64,000 nt of DNA from contig OZ316899.1 in assembly GCA_973895155.1 (NCBI GenBank), positions 8,745,241 to 8,809,240 of the forward strand, in the 5' to 3' direction. A program made the translations under genes and the position numbers. The stretch's first letter is position 1. Each line of letters starts with the position of its first letter. Of this stretch, positions 10,555 through 24,523 are shown in pieces. This DNA is from Marsupella aquatica (lineage: Eukaryota; Plantae; Marchantiophyta). The notes below the pieces were generated by a model. The model was not told where the DNA came from and searched no databases. It worked only from the letters and a program-made list of their open reading frames with translations.

Positions 10555-13500
10555 TTACGTAGTCTCCAGTTTGGCCCTAACATTAATAATATCCACACAA
10601 TGACTAAAGCTACTGGTAGGTAAAACTTTGGTAAGCATGTCTGCCGCATTCTCCTCTGAAGCCACCTTCTCCAGAAACATCTGCTTCGTCTCAATCACCT
10701 CACGGATGAAGTGATAACAAATATCAATGTGCTTTGTCCTGGCATGGAACACAGGGTTCTTCCAGATGCAAAGCACTTTGACTGTCGCACAGCAGCACCG
10801 GTCTTTCAGGTGAAAGACCCAGATCACTCACCAATCTCCGTAGCCAGATCAGCTCCTTGGTTGCCTCACATGCAGCCATGTACTCAGCCTCAGTAGTAGA
10901 CAACGCAACACAAGATTGAGTTGCCGACTTCCAGTTGATACAACCTCCACCTAGCATAAACACATAGCCTATAGTAGACTTCCTGTTATCCAAGTTACCA
11001 GCATAATCCGAATCTACAAAACCTTCCAACTCTAATGTAGAGTCTGCTTTACCGTCAAATAAGATCCCACAATCTAAGGTACCTTTTAGATACCGCAAAA
11101 CCCACTTCACTGCTTCCCAATGAAGCTTACCAGGATTTGCCATAATTCTGCTCAAAATGCTAACAGCGTGGGCAATGTCAGGTCTAGTGCATGTCATTGC
11201 ATACATCAAACTACCCACAACACTATCATAGGGAACATGTTTCATCGCCAATCTATCACTCTCACTAGAAGGGCAATCATCCTTTGAGAGTTTAAAGTGG
11301 GAGGCCAATGGAGTACCAACTGGTTTTGCATTCTCCATTCCATACTTGGCAAGTACCTTCTCCAAATACTACCTTTGAGACAACCATAATTGCCTTTGCT
11401 CCCTGTCACGATGAATCTCCATCCCTAGTATCTTCTTGGCCTGACCCAAGTCCTGCATTGAAAACTCCTTACTCAGCATTGCTTTCAGATGGGCAACATC
11501 AGACTTATTCTCAGCCAGGATAAGCATGTCATCCACGTACAATGCCAGCACAATGTAACCAAAATGTGAGTAATTCTCCACCTCCTTCATGTAAATACAA
11601 CAATCATGTTCACTTTGACCCCTGAGATAACATGAAGGAATCAAAATGCTTATTCCATTGTCTGGGACTCTGCTTCAATCCGTATAACGAGCGCAAGAGC
11701 TTACACACCAAGTGTCTGGTCTTCTCGTCAATAAAACCTGGAGGCTGAGTCATATAAATCTCTACATCAAGCAATCCATGTAGGAAATCAGTAATTGCAT
11801 CCATCTGATCTAACTCAAGATCATAGAATGCCACAATCGCAAGTAAAACACGGATAGTAGCGAGTTTGACAACTGGTGAGAAAATCTCCGTGTAGTCCAA
11901 GCCCTCCTTCTGGGTGTACCCTTTGGCCACAAGGTGTGCCTTGTAAGTGCCATCCTGCTTCTTCTTGTACAACCATCTACACGGAACCAGTGTTTTCCCG
12001 CGAGGCATGCCAGTTAAGCGCCAAGTTGAATTCTTCTTCAAAGAATTCATCTCCTTCAACATTGCCTCCAACCACTTATCCTTCTCTGGAGAGGCCATAG
12101 CTTCTTCATAGCTTGAGGGGTCTCCATCTTCAGTAAGCAAAACAACACCGGGATCAACGTCATGTTCAACAACGAGAACACGAGGATCTACAAAACCAAA
12201 TCTATCAGGGGGTTGGCCAAAATTGGCCCTGGTGGAGCGCCTTGGTTGAGGAATTGCTCCTCTACCAGAGGGACCAGCAACTTCCTCATCACCACCAAGC
12301 TCCACCGTAGTGGGTTCCTCCACCTGTTCCTCCTGAATATCCCAGGGTCTTGACAACCATTCTTCGTAAAAAAACAACATTTATGCTCACAGCTGCCTTT
12401 GCAATCGACAGGATCCCACAATTTATAGCCCTTCTGCCCAGGACTAAAGCCTAGAAAAATACATTTCTTAGACTTGGGATCCAAATTAGACCTGTGTGTC
12501 TGCTCAATGTGAACATAGGCAGCACAACCAAAAACTTGAAGTCTAGAGTAATCAGCAGGTCTCTTATACCACAACTCAAATGGAGTCTGCATCAACTTAC
12601 TACTATGCGGTGACAGATTGTAGACGTATGCAGCTTGGTTGACAGCTTCAGCCCAAAAGTTGTTGGGCAACTTGGACTTACATAGCATGCTGTGTGCTTT
12701 CTCCAGTAATGTCCGATTCAACCGTTCTGCAACTCCATTCTACTGCGGGGTCTCCGGTACAGTGTAATGACGCTTGAGGCCAAGGTCCCAACCAAATTGA
12801 TCAAACTCATTTGACTTATACTTGCTACCGTTATCGGACCGAATACACTTCAACTCCTTCCTAGTTTGTAGCTCTACCATGGCTTTCCACTCCTTGAAGA
12901 TCTCAAAGACTTGAGACTTCTCCTTCATGTAGTACAGCCAACACATTCGAGAGTAATCATCTACAAATGTCACAAAATATCTGGCTCCACCCAACGACGG
13001 CTCCGACGCTGGACCCCAAACATCCGAATGTACATACTCTAGAATCTCATGAGAATGGTATGAACTAGAACTGAAACTCACTCTCCTCTGCTTGCCGAAG
13101 ATGCAATCTTCACAGAAAGAGAGTTTACTAGATTGAGCGCCTTGCAACAAAGCTCTGTTTGCCAAGACTGCCAATCCTTTACCACTCAAGTGCCCCAACC
13201 GTGCATGCCACAAATCTATGGCTTGTGTGCAACCAGATGTTGAGGGTGCTTCAATTGAAGCAGCCAAAGATGATTCTGCGGCAGATGTTGTCGTGGCATC
13301 CAAACGTTCCACCACAGAATCCACATGCTCCACTCTAGGAGCAATGACATCTCCTTCCAAGATGTACAAATTATTCTGCCATAGCGCCTTAATCAAAGAT
13401 ACATCATCTTTGACGACAAAGAGCGCACCATCACGTGCAATGAAATGAGATCCACCAGCTTCCAAAGCACCAAGAGAAATCAAGTTCTTAGAGATGTCTG

Positions 13501-14570
13501 GTATGTGCCTGACTCCCGTCAATGCTCGCACAACACCATCAAACATCCAGAATTTGATAGTCCCCATGCCAACAATCGCACATCGGACACTATTTCCGAT
13601 TTCCACCGTACCGGTACAAGGTTGGTAAGTGGAGAAATACAATTGCGTTGGACACACGTGATAAGAGGAACCCGAATCCAACATCCGTTTATTGTCATAC
13701 ACAGAATTCACAACACCAATACATAACACTTCAGCAGCATCCTCATTATCAGCAATCACAATACCAGCTGACGATGAGGACGCACCATTGGAAGCAGGAC
13801 GCTTTTGCTTCGATAGAGAAGGACAATTCCACTTGGTGTGGCCCTTCTCATGGCAATGCCAACACTGAGCTTTCTTACTACGGGACTTAGATTTAGATCT
13901 ACTATGTGATTTAGATCTAGACTGATCCGTAGTACGCTCCGTCGATCTGCCTCTAACCACTAAGGCAATAGACTCATTGTCACGGCCAGAAAGTTGTCGC
14001 TTGCCCCATTCTGCAAGAATGGTAGCCTTCACCTCATCCAACTTCAATGTAGACTTGTCATGTGTGATGACCGTCACCAATGTCGAATAGGTCTGAGGAA
14101 GCGACATCAACAAATGCATCGCAAGATACTCATCGGTCAACTTGTCTCCCGCCGTGGTCACCTCGTGCACAATCTCATCGAAGAGACTGAGGTGATCACG
14201 CATGTTGCCACCATCCTTCAACTTCAACCTGAATAGCCGCTCCAAGTGATAAATGCGAGTAGTCAACAAAGTACTCTGGTATAGCTGAGTAAGCATATCC
14301 CAGATCTTCTTGGCATTCTGATCCATCCCCAACACGTTCTTGAGAATGTTGTTTGCCAAGAACAACTCAATTGTGCTACACGCCTGCACCGACATGTCCT
14401 CCCACTCCTCATCTGTTAGATTCGAGGGTTTCACTCCAGTGAGGGTCTTCTCAAGACCCTGTTGGATCAACACATTGGTCACCTTCCAAGTCCAGAGGCT
14501 AAAGCTAACCTTCCCGTCAAACTTCTCCACCTCAAACTTTGGCGCCGCAAGCTTTCTTGAAGTCATTGAT
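10555..14570 (-). pseudogene. copia gag-pol polyprotein (gag, CCHC knuckle, protease, integrase, RT, RNase H) with stops and frameshifts
   Basis: VEKFDG, CWHCHEKGHTKWNC, LDSGSSYH, LWHARLGH, VHSDVWGP, YGLKQSPRQW, LYVDDML, FVDSDYAG, RTKHIDI; TAG stop at 12740. Confidence 0.93.
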
Positions 14571-16281
14571 GCTGCCACAAACACACAGGAAATACACATT
14601 CGAAATACCTCCACCCAAAAATTCACCAAAAATTGAAAGTTGGCGAAAGTGAAAATGGAATGCACCGCCGCGTAGCCTGCAAGGTACACTGCCAAGATCT
14701 GAAAATAATTCGGCGAAAAACTTCTTCAGCAAAAACTTATTCAACCCGGACCAGAGGGGGGTCAAAATGGCTGTTTTTGACCCCCGTCAGGTATCTTAGG
14801 TCCCAAAAATAATTTGTAACAGCAACGCACAAATCAATTCACTAGCCCGTGCTCAACTCCCTTGAGTATCCCCTTGCAAAGTGTCACAAAAAAATTCTGC
14901 CTCGACAACCGCCGAAATTGAAAATTTCAGTTGAAAATCAGCTCTCTGGAAAAGTATCTTTTCCAGGGAATCAAAGTACAGTCGAAATGTACAGCAGAAA
15001 GAACGTGGAGCCGACACCTGTCTGACTGGAAAAGAAAAGATCCAAACACGGAAGGAAAAGAAGAGAAAACAAGTAAAAACCCTTTGGCTTTTACAAAAAA
15101 AAATTAAGAACGAAAAGACTACAATCATCCTCCCGGCCTTCAATTTCTTTTCAAAAAAAATCCTCTCGCACATAGGGTCGCGCGCCGGCCCATCTCCCTG
15201 TTCACCTATTTGTGTACGCTGTACCTGGCAGAGTACAGGGATATATAATACCCCCTCGTACCCCCTCCCAAATCTGTACTGTGTAGGTACAGTAGTACCT
15301 TTTGTGTCCTTGGCCACCCACCTGACGCAAGCCTTAATTAAAGGCTCCAAAGTGAAAGGAGCCTCGTATGCTCCCCCTCCTCACTTAAAGTACAAGCATA
15401 GGGCCTCGTGCCCATGTTAATAAGTGCTCCCTAAGGAAAGGAGTATGCTCGCTTCCCCTTTCCCCTCCTATTGCTTCTGCATAGGGCAATGGCCCCCTTA
15501 AAACTCCCAAGAGAAGGGAGCTTTGAACTCCCCCTCCCCTCACTTTAAAACTGTACTTATAGGTACGACTGTACCTGAGTGCACAGACATAAGGCCCTGC
15601 TCTAGTACCTCATAGGGCCTCGGGCCAGGGGCTCGACTTTCTCCTCCGCTCCTTCTTCAGTCCTTTGTATTTCGAGCCCTCTTGACTCACTCGCACGCAT
15701 AGGGCAACGTACCCAGGCAATAAAATCTCCCTTTCGCCCCTCTCTTCGCACATACGCAAAGAAACCTGTCTGCACCGCCGTATTCTGTTGCGATGCGGCA
15801 CAAACAAAAAATATACGAAAAGAAAAAAATTGCAACACCGGTCCCTCAATGCACGACCTTTTTACAAAGAAAACAAGACTTTTTGGCCCCACACAAGATT
15901 AAGTCAAAACATATACAAGCCATAACCTAGAGCATCAAGCTCTAAACAACAACCTCAATCTACAAGATTACTCGGGACACCAATGATGAAAAGCAGTGAC
16001 ACCTTCACCAAAATGTAGTGCCTGCCGACGCGCATAAGAGATCGCTAGACTGTCCTCTTGACAGTACTTCAAAGAACAGAGGCACATCCAACACTCCAAG
16101 CTGAAGTTTCAATCGGGAAACCGTCACCGTATTCAAGCACAAAACCTTCAACGCGAAACGACCAGTGAAACAATCATGCAACCGCCGATGACAATTCAAT
16201 CTTCCACCACAATCCAACACAACGAACACTCTCACCACTGCCCAGGCCACCAAACCACAAACACGAGGCTCTGATACCACT

Positions 16282-16577
16282 TGTAAGAACCGTCAGCTCC
16301 GGACTAGATAGCAATGCAGAAACATGAGAGAGACTCACTCAATCAGACGCTACACCGACAAGACACCCCGAGTGGAGAAACTCCTAAAGGCTCCATAGCA
16401 AATGAGAGTACATGTGAAGAATGAGGGAGAGAGTGTTCTCCCTCCAGCCTATACCCCCCAAGGGGGCCAAGATGAGTGGGCCTAAACTAAGTGGATCTTA
16501 TCCTAATGTAATCTAGGGTTAACTAACCCTAGTAAGGCCAAGCTAACTATGTGGGGAACTGGAGTCAATTCCTAACA
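16282..16577 (-). repeat. 5' LTR of copia element 1
   Basis: Adjacent to the Met-i PBS; pairs with 10192-10487. Confidence 0.95.
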
Positions 16578-18643
16578 CTTACTTGGTTCTAGCCGCCCCA
16601 ATGCCAAGACCCCTTGGGCCAATGAAATGGCTTGGTTTCCTTTTCTCTGAGAAATGGGGGTTACATCTCAAGTTTTGGGTAGCTATTGTTTTATTATCTA
16701 CAGCCCAATGTCTGTGTGTTGCACAAAAGATGTTGAGATAACAAAAAAATGTTGAGATGACAAAAATATGTCAAGGTGAAAAAAATGTCCAGGTAAGGAA
16801 TAGAAGTTGAAGTAGAAAATGTCATGAGAGAAAGAGATGTCAAGGCGAGGAAAAGATGAGAGAAAGATGCCAAGGACAGAAAAGTTGTCGAGGTAAGGAA
16901 AGATGTTATGATGAGATACACGTATCAAGGTGACAAAAAGATAAGATGTTGAGATGAGAAAAAATGTTGAGTATGAGAAAAGAACGACAAGATGAGAAAA
17001 AAATGTTAACATAAGTAATTCTGGTATTATCCAATTCTTAGAATTCCAATTTGAATAATTGCATTTTCATCTTGGTCAGGTTTGAGTAGGTTACAAGCTG
17101 CTCGGGCAGAGGCAATTGAGATTAAATGGGTAGGAATGGATATGCGGGTGTCAGGAAAACAAACTTTTAATGAAGTGCTATGATTGGTTCACATTTTTTC
17201 CTGAGTTTGTGAAGGGAAGTCTCCTTGGCCCTAGTGCCTCCCCTTGTGAGGGGAAGTTTCCTTGACCCTAGCGCCTCCTGTTGGAGCTCTTCTTGCTTGG
17301 AAACCAAAACCATGCATTTCATTTTCATTCACACTAAATTAAATGTTCTTTTTGTTTATTATTTATCTTTGGTTAGATTTTGTTATGTGTCATTTAAGAC
17401 ACTGCAAATTTGGATGACAACCTCAGTATAAATATACTAAACCTTGTATTATAGCTTTTGATATATTTGGTGATTTATACTAAACCTTGTTTTATAGGTT
17501 TTGATATACTTGGTGGGTTGGGAGGCAACTGTCTAAGAGCCATGTTCATTTCCACAGAATGAATATTATAACAAAACTAATACGAATAACTAATTCATTA
17601 GTAGAGCCCAAAAATCTCTCATGTGTGTTGAGAAGTGGAAATTGTAGTACACTTAGTAGTGGCCCAATTTTCCTCTTGGCAAATGAAGGTCTTTACCATT
17701 CATGCATTGTGGATGTAAGATAGAAAATGTTTTTTTGAAAATTAATCCGTGGACCCCCATGTTCATCCAAGGAATGTGTGTGTGATTAAGTGAAATCAAT
17801 TTTCATCAAGGCGGTAACTGACGGTTTTGAGTCTCTCGATGGTGTTGGTGTGTGCTCGTACAAAAACAAATGCTCAAAAGATAGAGATTTATCAAACAGA
17901 AGGTGGAATGTGGAGGAATTGAGTTTTCTTATAGGTTTTGCTTACACATTGGAGAAATCATCTTTCAACCATTCTTGATTTATTGTTTGTGAGTTACATT
18001 GAGCATTATCGCCACAAGACGGACTAGAGTACAACACTCAGCTGTTGACAAAAGAGCGCTTGTCAATTCGGTGGGAAGAACACACAAAACGAACGAGCCA
18101 TCACTTCAAACAAAGGATTTCTAGTTATTTTTATTTAAGAAAGCTATGGTGTGAGGGGAAGACCAACAATTGTTTCTTTGACATAGAGGTTGTATTTGGC
18201 GTCAACCTATGTTCAGAGTGAGTTTTAGTTGAAGACTATCTAAGAGATACAAACAATTCAAGCCGGGAAGCAAGCATTGTGAACAAGCAATGGTGACGTA
18301 ATACAAAAAATCAATTTGTAGCGGCTAAGTTTGTGACGGTGACAAGATTGTGATATCTCTTAATCGAGAAAGGGTTTCCAATGAGCCTCAAATTGACAAG
18401 TTTTGTCAAGTTCCATATGAGTTTTTGAATTTCTTTGCCCTTCCAATGAGTGAATAAAAGAAATTTTGATCACGAGTTTATGAATTCTTTTAGCTTTTTA
18501 ACATTGAGTCTAACATTGACAAATTTTATGTCAAATTTTGTCACGGTACTCAAGAGATCAGGAGCTTTTCAATTTCTTTAGCTTTCCAATGTGTGTCATT
18601 GAGATTATTTGTCAATAAATAGAGATCATGAGTATCTAAATTT

Positions 18644-21600
18644 TGTTGTAATACGGAGTTAACACTAACCCGAGTCATGGTAGTAGGGTTAGTTAGTCCT
18701 AACTAACCGAAGCTTAGGTTGTTACTAACAACCTAACCGCATGTAATAGATCAAGTCCTTAGGGACTCTATAAGGTAATGGAAGTTGGAGGAAACCTCCA
18801 GTTGTTGGTGTATGTTCTACTCTCATCTTCTTGTCTCTGAATACGTTATCAGCACGAGCTGCCAAAGCTGAGCATAGAATTTTTTTTTCTCATACACTGG
18901 CGCATGAACTGACTGTCCACGAATCAAACAAGCTAGATCACAAGCCATCAATGCCATACTGCGCACTACCCAAAAAGTGATTGTATCCACGACTCATCTT
19001 CATGATTTTCTTCCAAACTCTGTGAAGCGTCACCCAACACTTGAGATTAATTGACCCCCACCAGAGATCAGCGATCATTCCTGCAGCGAGGCTTCGCATT
19101 CCATCAAATCGCCCACATTCACTTTTACGAAGGAAGAGCGCCATAGTCATCCATCCACGGAATCCACACAAAAATGCTCAAGGCAGCTAAATCCAACATT
19201 TATAGCATTTTGAACATTCGACATTGATTTCCAACAGTTCACATTCATAGACTACCCCGGATAGACACAATGACCACCGTAGAGAAACTTTTATTTGAGG
19301 CATTGTCAATCGATGGGGCCAATTACTTATCGTGGTCCCTGGATATTGAAGCACATCTCAGCTCCAAATCTCTCCAAGACACGATCACCACAGATGCTGG
19401 ATGCACTCTTCAAGAGAAGGCGAAGGCCCTCATCCGTCATCACTTAGCAGCCCCATTGAAGCGACAATACTTGAATCAATACAACCCACACTTACTCTGG
19501 GAGGACTTACAATCTTGCTTCGATCACATGAAAACTATATCACTCCCTGCAGCACGCCACGATTGGATCAACTTACGAGTTCAAGACCATGCTACAATTG
19601 CCAACTACAACAGCGAGTTATTTGTATCACCTCACAGCTAGCAGTGTGCAATCACCCTGTAGCAGACGAAGAACAAATCGAGAAGACGCTATCGACATTT
19701 CATGCTACAAACCTGGTACTCTCGGCACAATACCTTAACATGAACTTTACCAAATATTCTGAACTAATCGCTTACATGCTATTAGCAGAAAAGCACCAGA
19801 TCTTGCTCCTTGAAAATGCCAAAACTCGACCACCCGGCAGTGCTGCACCATCAACCAAGACCGAGACCCACTTCAACAGAGGAGAAGGCAGCACCAGAGG
19901 CAGAGGCAGATGTTTCTATGGCGGTAGAGGACGTTCGACATGAAGAGGACGAGGCGCTTCGACCGGGGCATGGGCAGGAGCAACGACTGGCAAACATCAC
20001 CGGGATGAACCTGGAATCGGAGAGGCAACAGAGGAGGAGGCCGTAGCTCCGTCTGCGGCAAAGGTCGAGGCTACCTCACCTACAACAGAGATAAGTCTGA
20101 CACTCCCACCTGTTTTAGATGTGGAACTAAAGGTCACACACAAAAAGATTGTCGTGCCCCTGCCCACTTAGTGAAGCTATATCAAGATAATTTGCATCAA
20201 CTAGGCCCCGGACGTCACGGAAATTTCCTAGAGGCACCCAATGAACTTGACAAGTACGTAGTCTCTTCACCCTTACCTGAGGTTCATACTGTTACTTTAC
20301 AAAGCGACCTCCCTGCCGATCCTGCTCCCACACATTGTATTGTGGACAACAGAACATCCCACTTGATACTACGCCACAAGAAATACTTCACCAAGATCAT
20401 TCGATCCAATCGCCCTGTCACAACCATTACTGGACAGAATCACATTGAAGAGGGCAATGGCCCAGCCATAGTCCGATTTCCTGGAGGAACAACCATCCGC
20501 ATTCAATCAGCCATATACGCCCCTACAGCCACCCGCAACTTGATAAGTTTTTGTGATATACGGGACAACAACCTACACATCCATACCAGCAAACAAGATC
20601 GATAGGAGGTACTGCACATTTTGGCCGAAACTAATACAGGACTCATAATCAAAGAGACCCTATTAAACCATCCTCCTGGCCTCTATATCACTCACATATA
20701 TTCATATCACACAAAAAAGGCAACCAGAACACTCACAGACCAATGGCATCTCCGCCTTGGTCATCCGGGCACCACCATGTACCACATAATCATTCAGGAC
20801 ACAGTCGGCATCCCACTTGGCGTACACCCGTCCCAAAGTAAACAAATCTGCACAGCATGTTCCCAGGGTAAACTTGTCATCCGCCCCTCCATTGACAAAA
20901 CCATATATTCTATACCCCGATTCCTTGAACGCCTACATGCCGATGTGTGCGGCCCTATAGACCCCCCATCAGGCCCCTTCCGATACTTCCTAGTACTCAT
21001 TGATGCTTCCTCCAAATGGCCCCAAGTCTCCTTGCTATCAACCAGAAACCTTGTATTTTCTCGGATACTGTCCAACATACTGAAACTAAGATCACAATTT
21101 CCAGATCATCCAATCCGCACCCTGCAAGTCGATAATGCCGGTGAATTCACATCCCGGACATTCGACACATACTGCAAAACTGCAGGGATCGATGTTCAAT
21201 ATCCTGTCCCCCGTGTACACTTCCAGAATGGAATAGCTGAGTCCTTAATCAAGTGACTGCAGATGATAGCCAGACCTTTACTGCTACAGACCAATTTACC
21301 TATATCAGCATGGGGTCATGCCATCATACACGCCTCCTCCCTCATCAGATACAGACCATCTGCCTATAACAAGTACACCCCACACCATTTATTGTTCGGG
21401 ATCCCACCTGATGTCTCTCACCTTTGCATCTTCGGCTGCTTGGTACTGGTCCCCATTTTGGGACCCAAACGCACCAAGATGGGCCCATAGAGACAACAGG
21501 GGATATATGTAGGATTCGACTCACCATCGATTATTCGGTACTTAGAACCATCTACAGCAGATCTATTCAAGGCACGGTTCCTTGATTGTGATTTTATTGA

Positions 21601-24523
21601 AGATGATTTCCCCAAATTAATGGAGAACCAGACATCAAGTCCCCTTGTCCATACTCCGGAATTACAATGGCAGTTAAAACCCCCCTTCCAGCATGACCCA
21701 CGGACAGTCCAAACCGAAGCAGAAGTACAGAAAATCCTCCACCTTCAACAAATGTTAGAGAAACTCCCAGACGCCTTTAATGATGCAGCAAATGTCACTC
21801 AGTCCTTAACACCAGCTGCCAATGCACCAGCACGAATCCAACCCACTCGACTAGCTACCGAAGCCCCCCCTAAGGCAAAAAGGGGCAGACCACTAGGCTC
21901 GAAAGATAGCCAATCCAGGCAACGCCGGACCACAGCTGTTGTACCTACAGCCCTAAGACCCACACCTGCACCCCCTGGACCTCAACCAACTTTAGTTAAC
22001 GACAATGACGAAATAGCCATCCAATATATGCATTCAGGCAAAGTCTGGAAATGAGAAACCACTACCATAGATGATGCATTTGCATATATGATATCAGAAG
22101 AGATAACCAATGATACTCCAGATCCATTGACAGTAACATAATGTCAATCTCGTCCAGACTGGCCCCAATGGGAAGCGGCTATTAACTCTGAACTTGACTC
22201 TTTGATCAAACGCCAGGTTTTCGGACCAATCACTCCAGCTCCCACCCACAGCCATCTGACCGGCTATAGATTCATCTTCGTCCGAAAGAGAAATGCCAAG
22301 GGCGAAGTAGTTAGATATAAGGCCAGACTAGTGGCGAAGGGCTACACCCAAATCCCAGGTCAAGACTATGACCTGACACATTCCCCAGTGATGGACTCAA
22401 TTACATACCGCTACATGATAGCGTTTGCTTTACTACACCAGCTAGTCATGCACATCCTGGATGTAATAACAGCTTACCTGTATGGCATGCTAGATACCAA
22501 AATTTACATGAAAGCTCCTCCAGAGCTTCTCAATAGATTGTCTTTCCACATTCAGGGGGAGAAGTCAGGCATATCAGTCCAATCACTACGATCTGGCATG
22601 ATCAAGATGGCTCCTACTGAGCCCTTAATTGTGCAAATTACAAATTCAGGACCTACTGTCCGCTCTGGTGGGCTATACCCACCACATACTACACAGCAAG
22701 TGCCTACTGCACGCAGCAAGAGACCTCCAATGGAATATGCTGTACAAATCTTGCGTTCAATGTACGACCTAAAGCAGAGTGGCCGGATGTGGTATAAACG
22801 ATTCCAAGCTGAAATGTTAGCTTTGGGATTTATAAATGATGAGCTAGCACCCTGTCTATTTCTGAAATCTGAGGCAGAGGAATTCGTCATAATAGCTATC
22901 TATGTAGATGACCTGAATATATTCGGGACACCACAACTCACAGCCCATACACTCAGTATTCTGAAGGGCACATTCGAAATGAGGGACCTTGGTCCACCTA
23001 ACTTCTGCCTCGGCATTCAGTTCGACTACCTGCACAATGGTATTCTGATTAGTCAATCTACCTACACAGAGAAGATTTTACGACAGTTCAATATGCAAGC
23101 AGCTCACCCTGTCAGCACACCAATGGAGCTTCGCTCCTTAGACACTAACAAAGATATGTTCAGAAGGCGCGGCGAAACATAACCTCTTCTTGGATCAGAC
23201 AAACCCTACCTCTCTGCCATTGGCGCCCTTATGTATTTGGCTAATCAGACTCGTCCCGACATCTCTTTTGCTGTCAACTTATTGGCCAGACATAGTTCTC
23301 AGCCAACCATCCGCCATTGGAATGGGCTGAAAAGGATTTTTCGATACCTGAAGGGCACAGTCGACGTTGGTCTATTTTTTCCGAAAGATGCTGAAGACAA
23401 ATTGATTGGATTTGCAGATGCCGGCTACCTCTCTGACCCTGGAGATGCCAAATCACAAACAGGGTATGTTTTTCTTCAAGGTGGCACTGCAATTTCGTGG
23501 CGAAGCTCCAAGCAAACACTAACCACAACATCCTCTAATCATGCGGAAATCATAGCTCTGTATGAAGCCTGCAGAGAATGTGTATGGTTACGCAACATGC
23601 TCCATCACATCCACAAGCACACTGGTCGCCAACAATTTCAAAAGCCCACTACTATTTACGAAGACAACCGCCCCTGTGTGGATCAAATTGCTCATGGCTT
23701 CATAAAAGGTGACAGAATTAAACACATCTCACCGAAATTCTTTTATACACATGAACAGCACGGTGATCAAATTCAGGTCGAATGGATACCCAGCCGAGAC
23801 AACCGAGCAGACTTATTCACAAAGCCATTACCACCAATTTTGCATAAGGAACATTCATACGGCATCGGCATGAGAAGCCTATTCACACTGCACATAGAGC
23901 AGACATGACCATCGCGATCCGCCTCCATCTTCTGCACGATTATAGAAGACACAGCAGCCAGTGACCTTCACCGTCTATATGAAAATAACGAAGCATTACA
24001 CATGGAGACGCAGCGACCCGTCGTCTCCATGCTAAACTCCTTCCCTTCGTAAAAAGACGTAACATAAGCCAGTTTTAGGTCGCATACCTTAGGAACGCTG
24101 CAGCACAATACTCTTAGTTTTCTTTTCTACTCTACGTCTACATTTCAATACGGACCCATGCAATGTACAGAGTGGTGGTACTCTTTCCCCCAGAAGAAAG
24201 CGGGGGGGGGGGGGGGGGTTTAATGAGACCACACCCTCCTTATGGGTACCAAAATAATCCACCTAGGGTTAGTATTACTCAAGATGGTTACTTTATTATG
24301 CTATTCAAGTAACCAAGGGGGAGTGTTGTAAGACGGAGTTAACACTAACCCGAGTCATGGTATTAGGGTTAGTTAATCCTAACTAACCTAAGCTTAGATT
24401 GTTACTAACAACCTAACCACATGTAATAGATCGAGTCCTTAGGGACTCTATAAGGTAATGGAAGTTGGAGGAAACCTCCAATTGTTGGTGTATGTTCTAC
24501 TCTCATCTTCTTGTCTCTGAATA
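18644..24523 (+). mobile_element. Full-length Ty1/copia LTR retrotransposon, Bianca-type, decayed
   Basis: 200-bp LTRs at 18644-18843 and 24324-24523 (8 mismatches). Bianca-type PBS CGTTATCAGCACG at 18844. PPT AAGGGGGAG at 24315-24323. Imperfect TSD AATTT/GATTT. Confidence 0.95.
19270..23908 (+). pseudogene. Bianca-type copia gag-pol, interrupted
   Basis: NYLSWSLD, CFRCGTKGHTQKDC, WHLRLGHPG, LHADVCGP, DNAGEFTS, LKQSGRMW, IYVDDLN, GFADAGYLSDP, IKHISPKFF. Confidence 0.92.

Larger units (their letters stand above)
10192..16577 (-). mobile_element. Full-length Ty1/copia LTR retrotransposon (Tnt1/Tork-like), decayed
   Basis: 296-bp TG...CA LTRs at 16282-16577 and 10192-10487. TSD CTTAC at 10187-10191 and 16578-16582. 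PBS TGGTATCAGAGC (16279-16268). PPT AAGGTGGAGAT next to the 3' LTR. Confidence 0.97.

Noticed and set aside
17600-18350. Possible coding remnant
   Set aside because: Only short broken frames; no motif I can assign.
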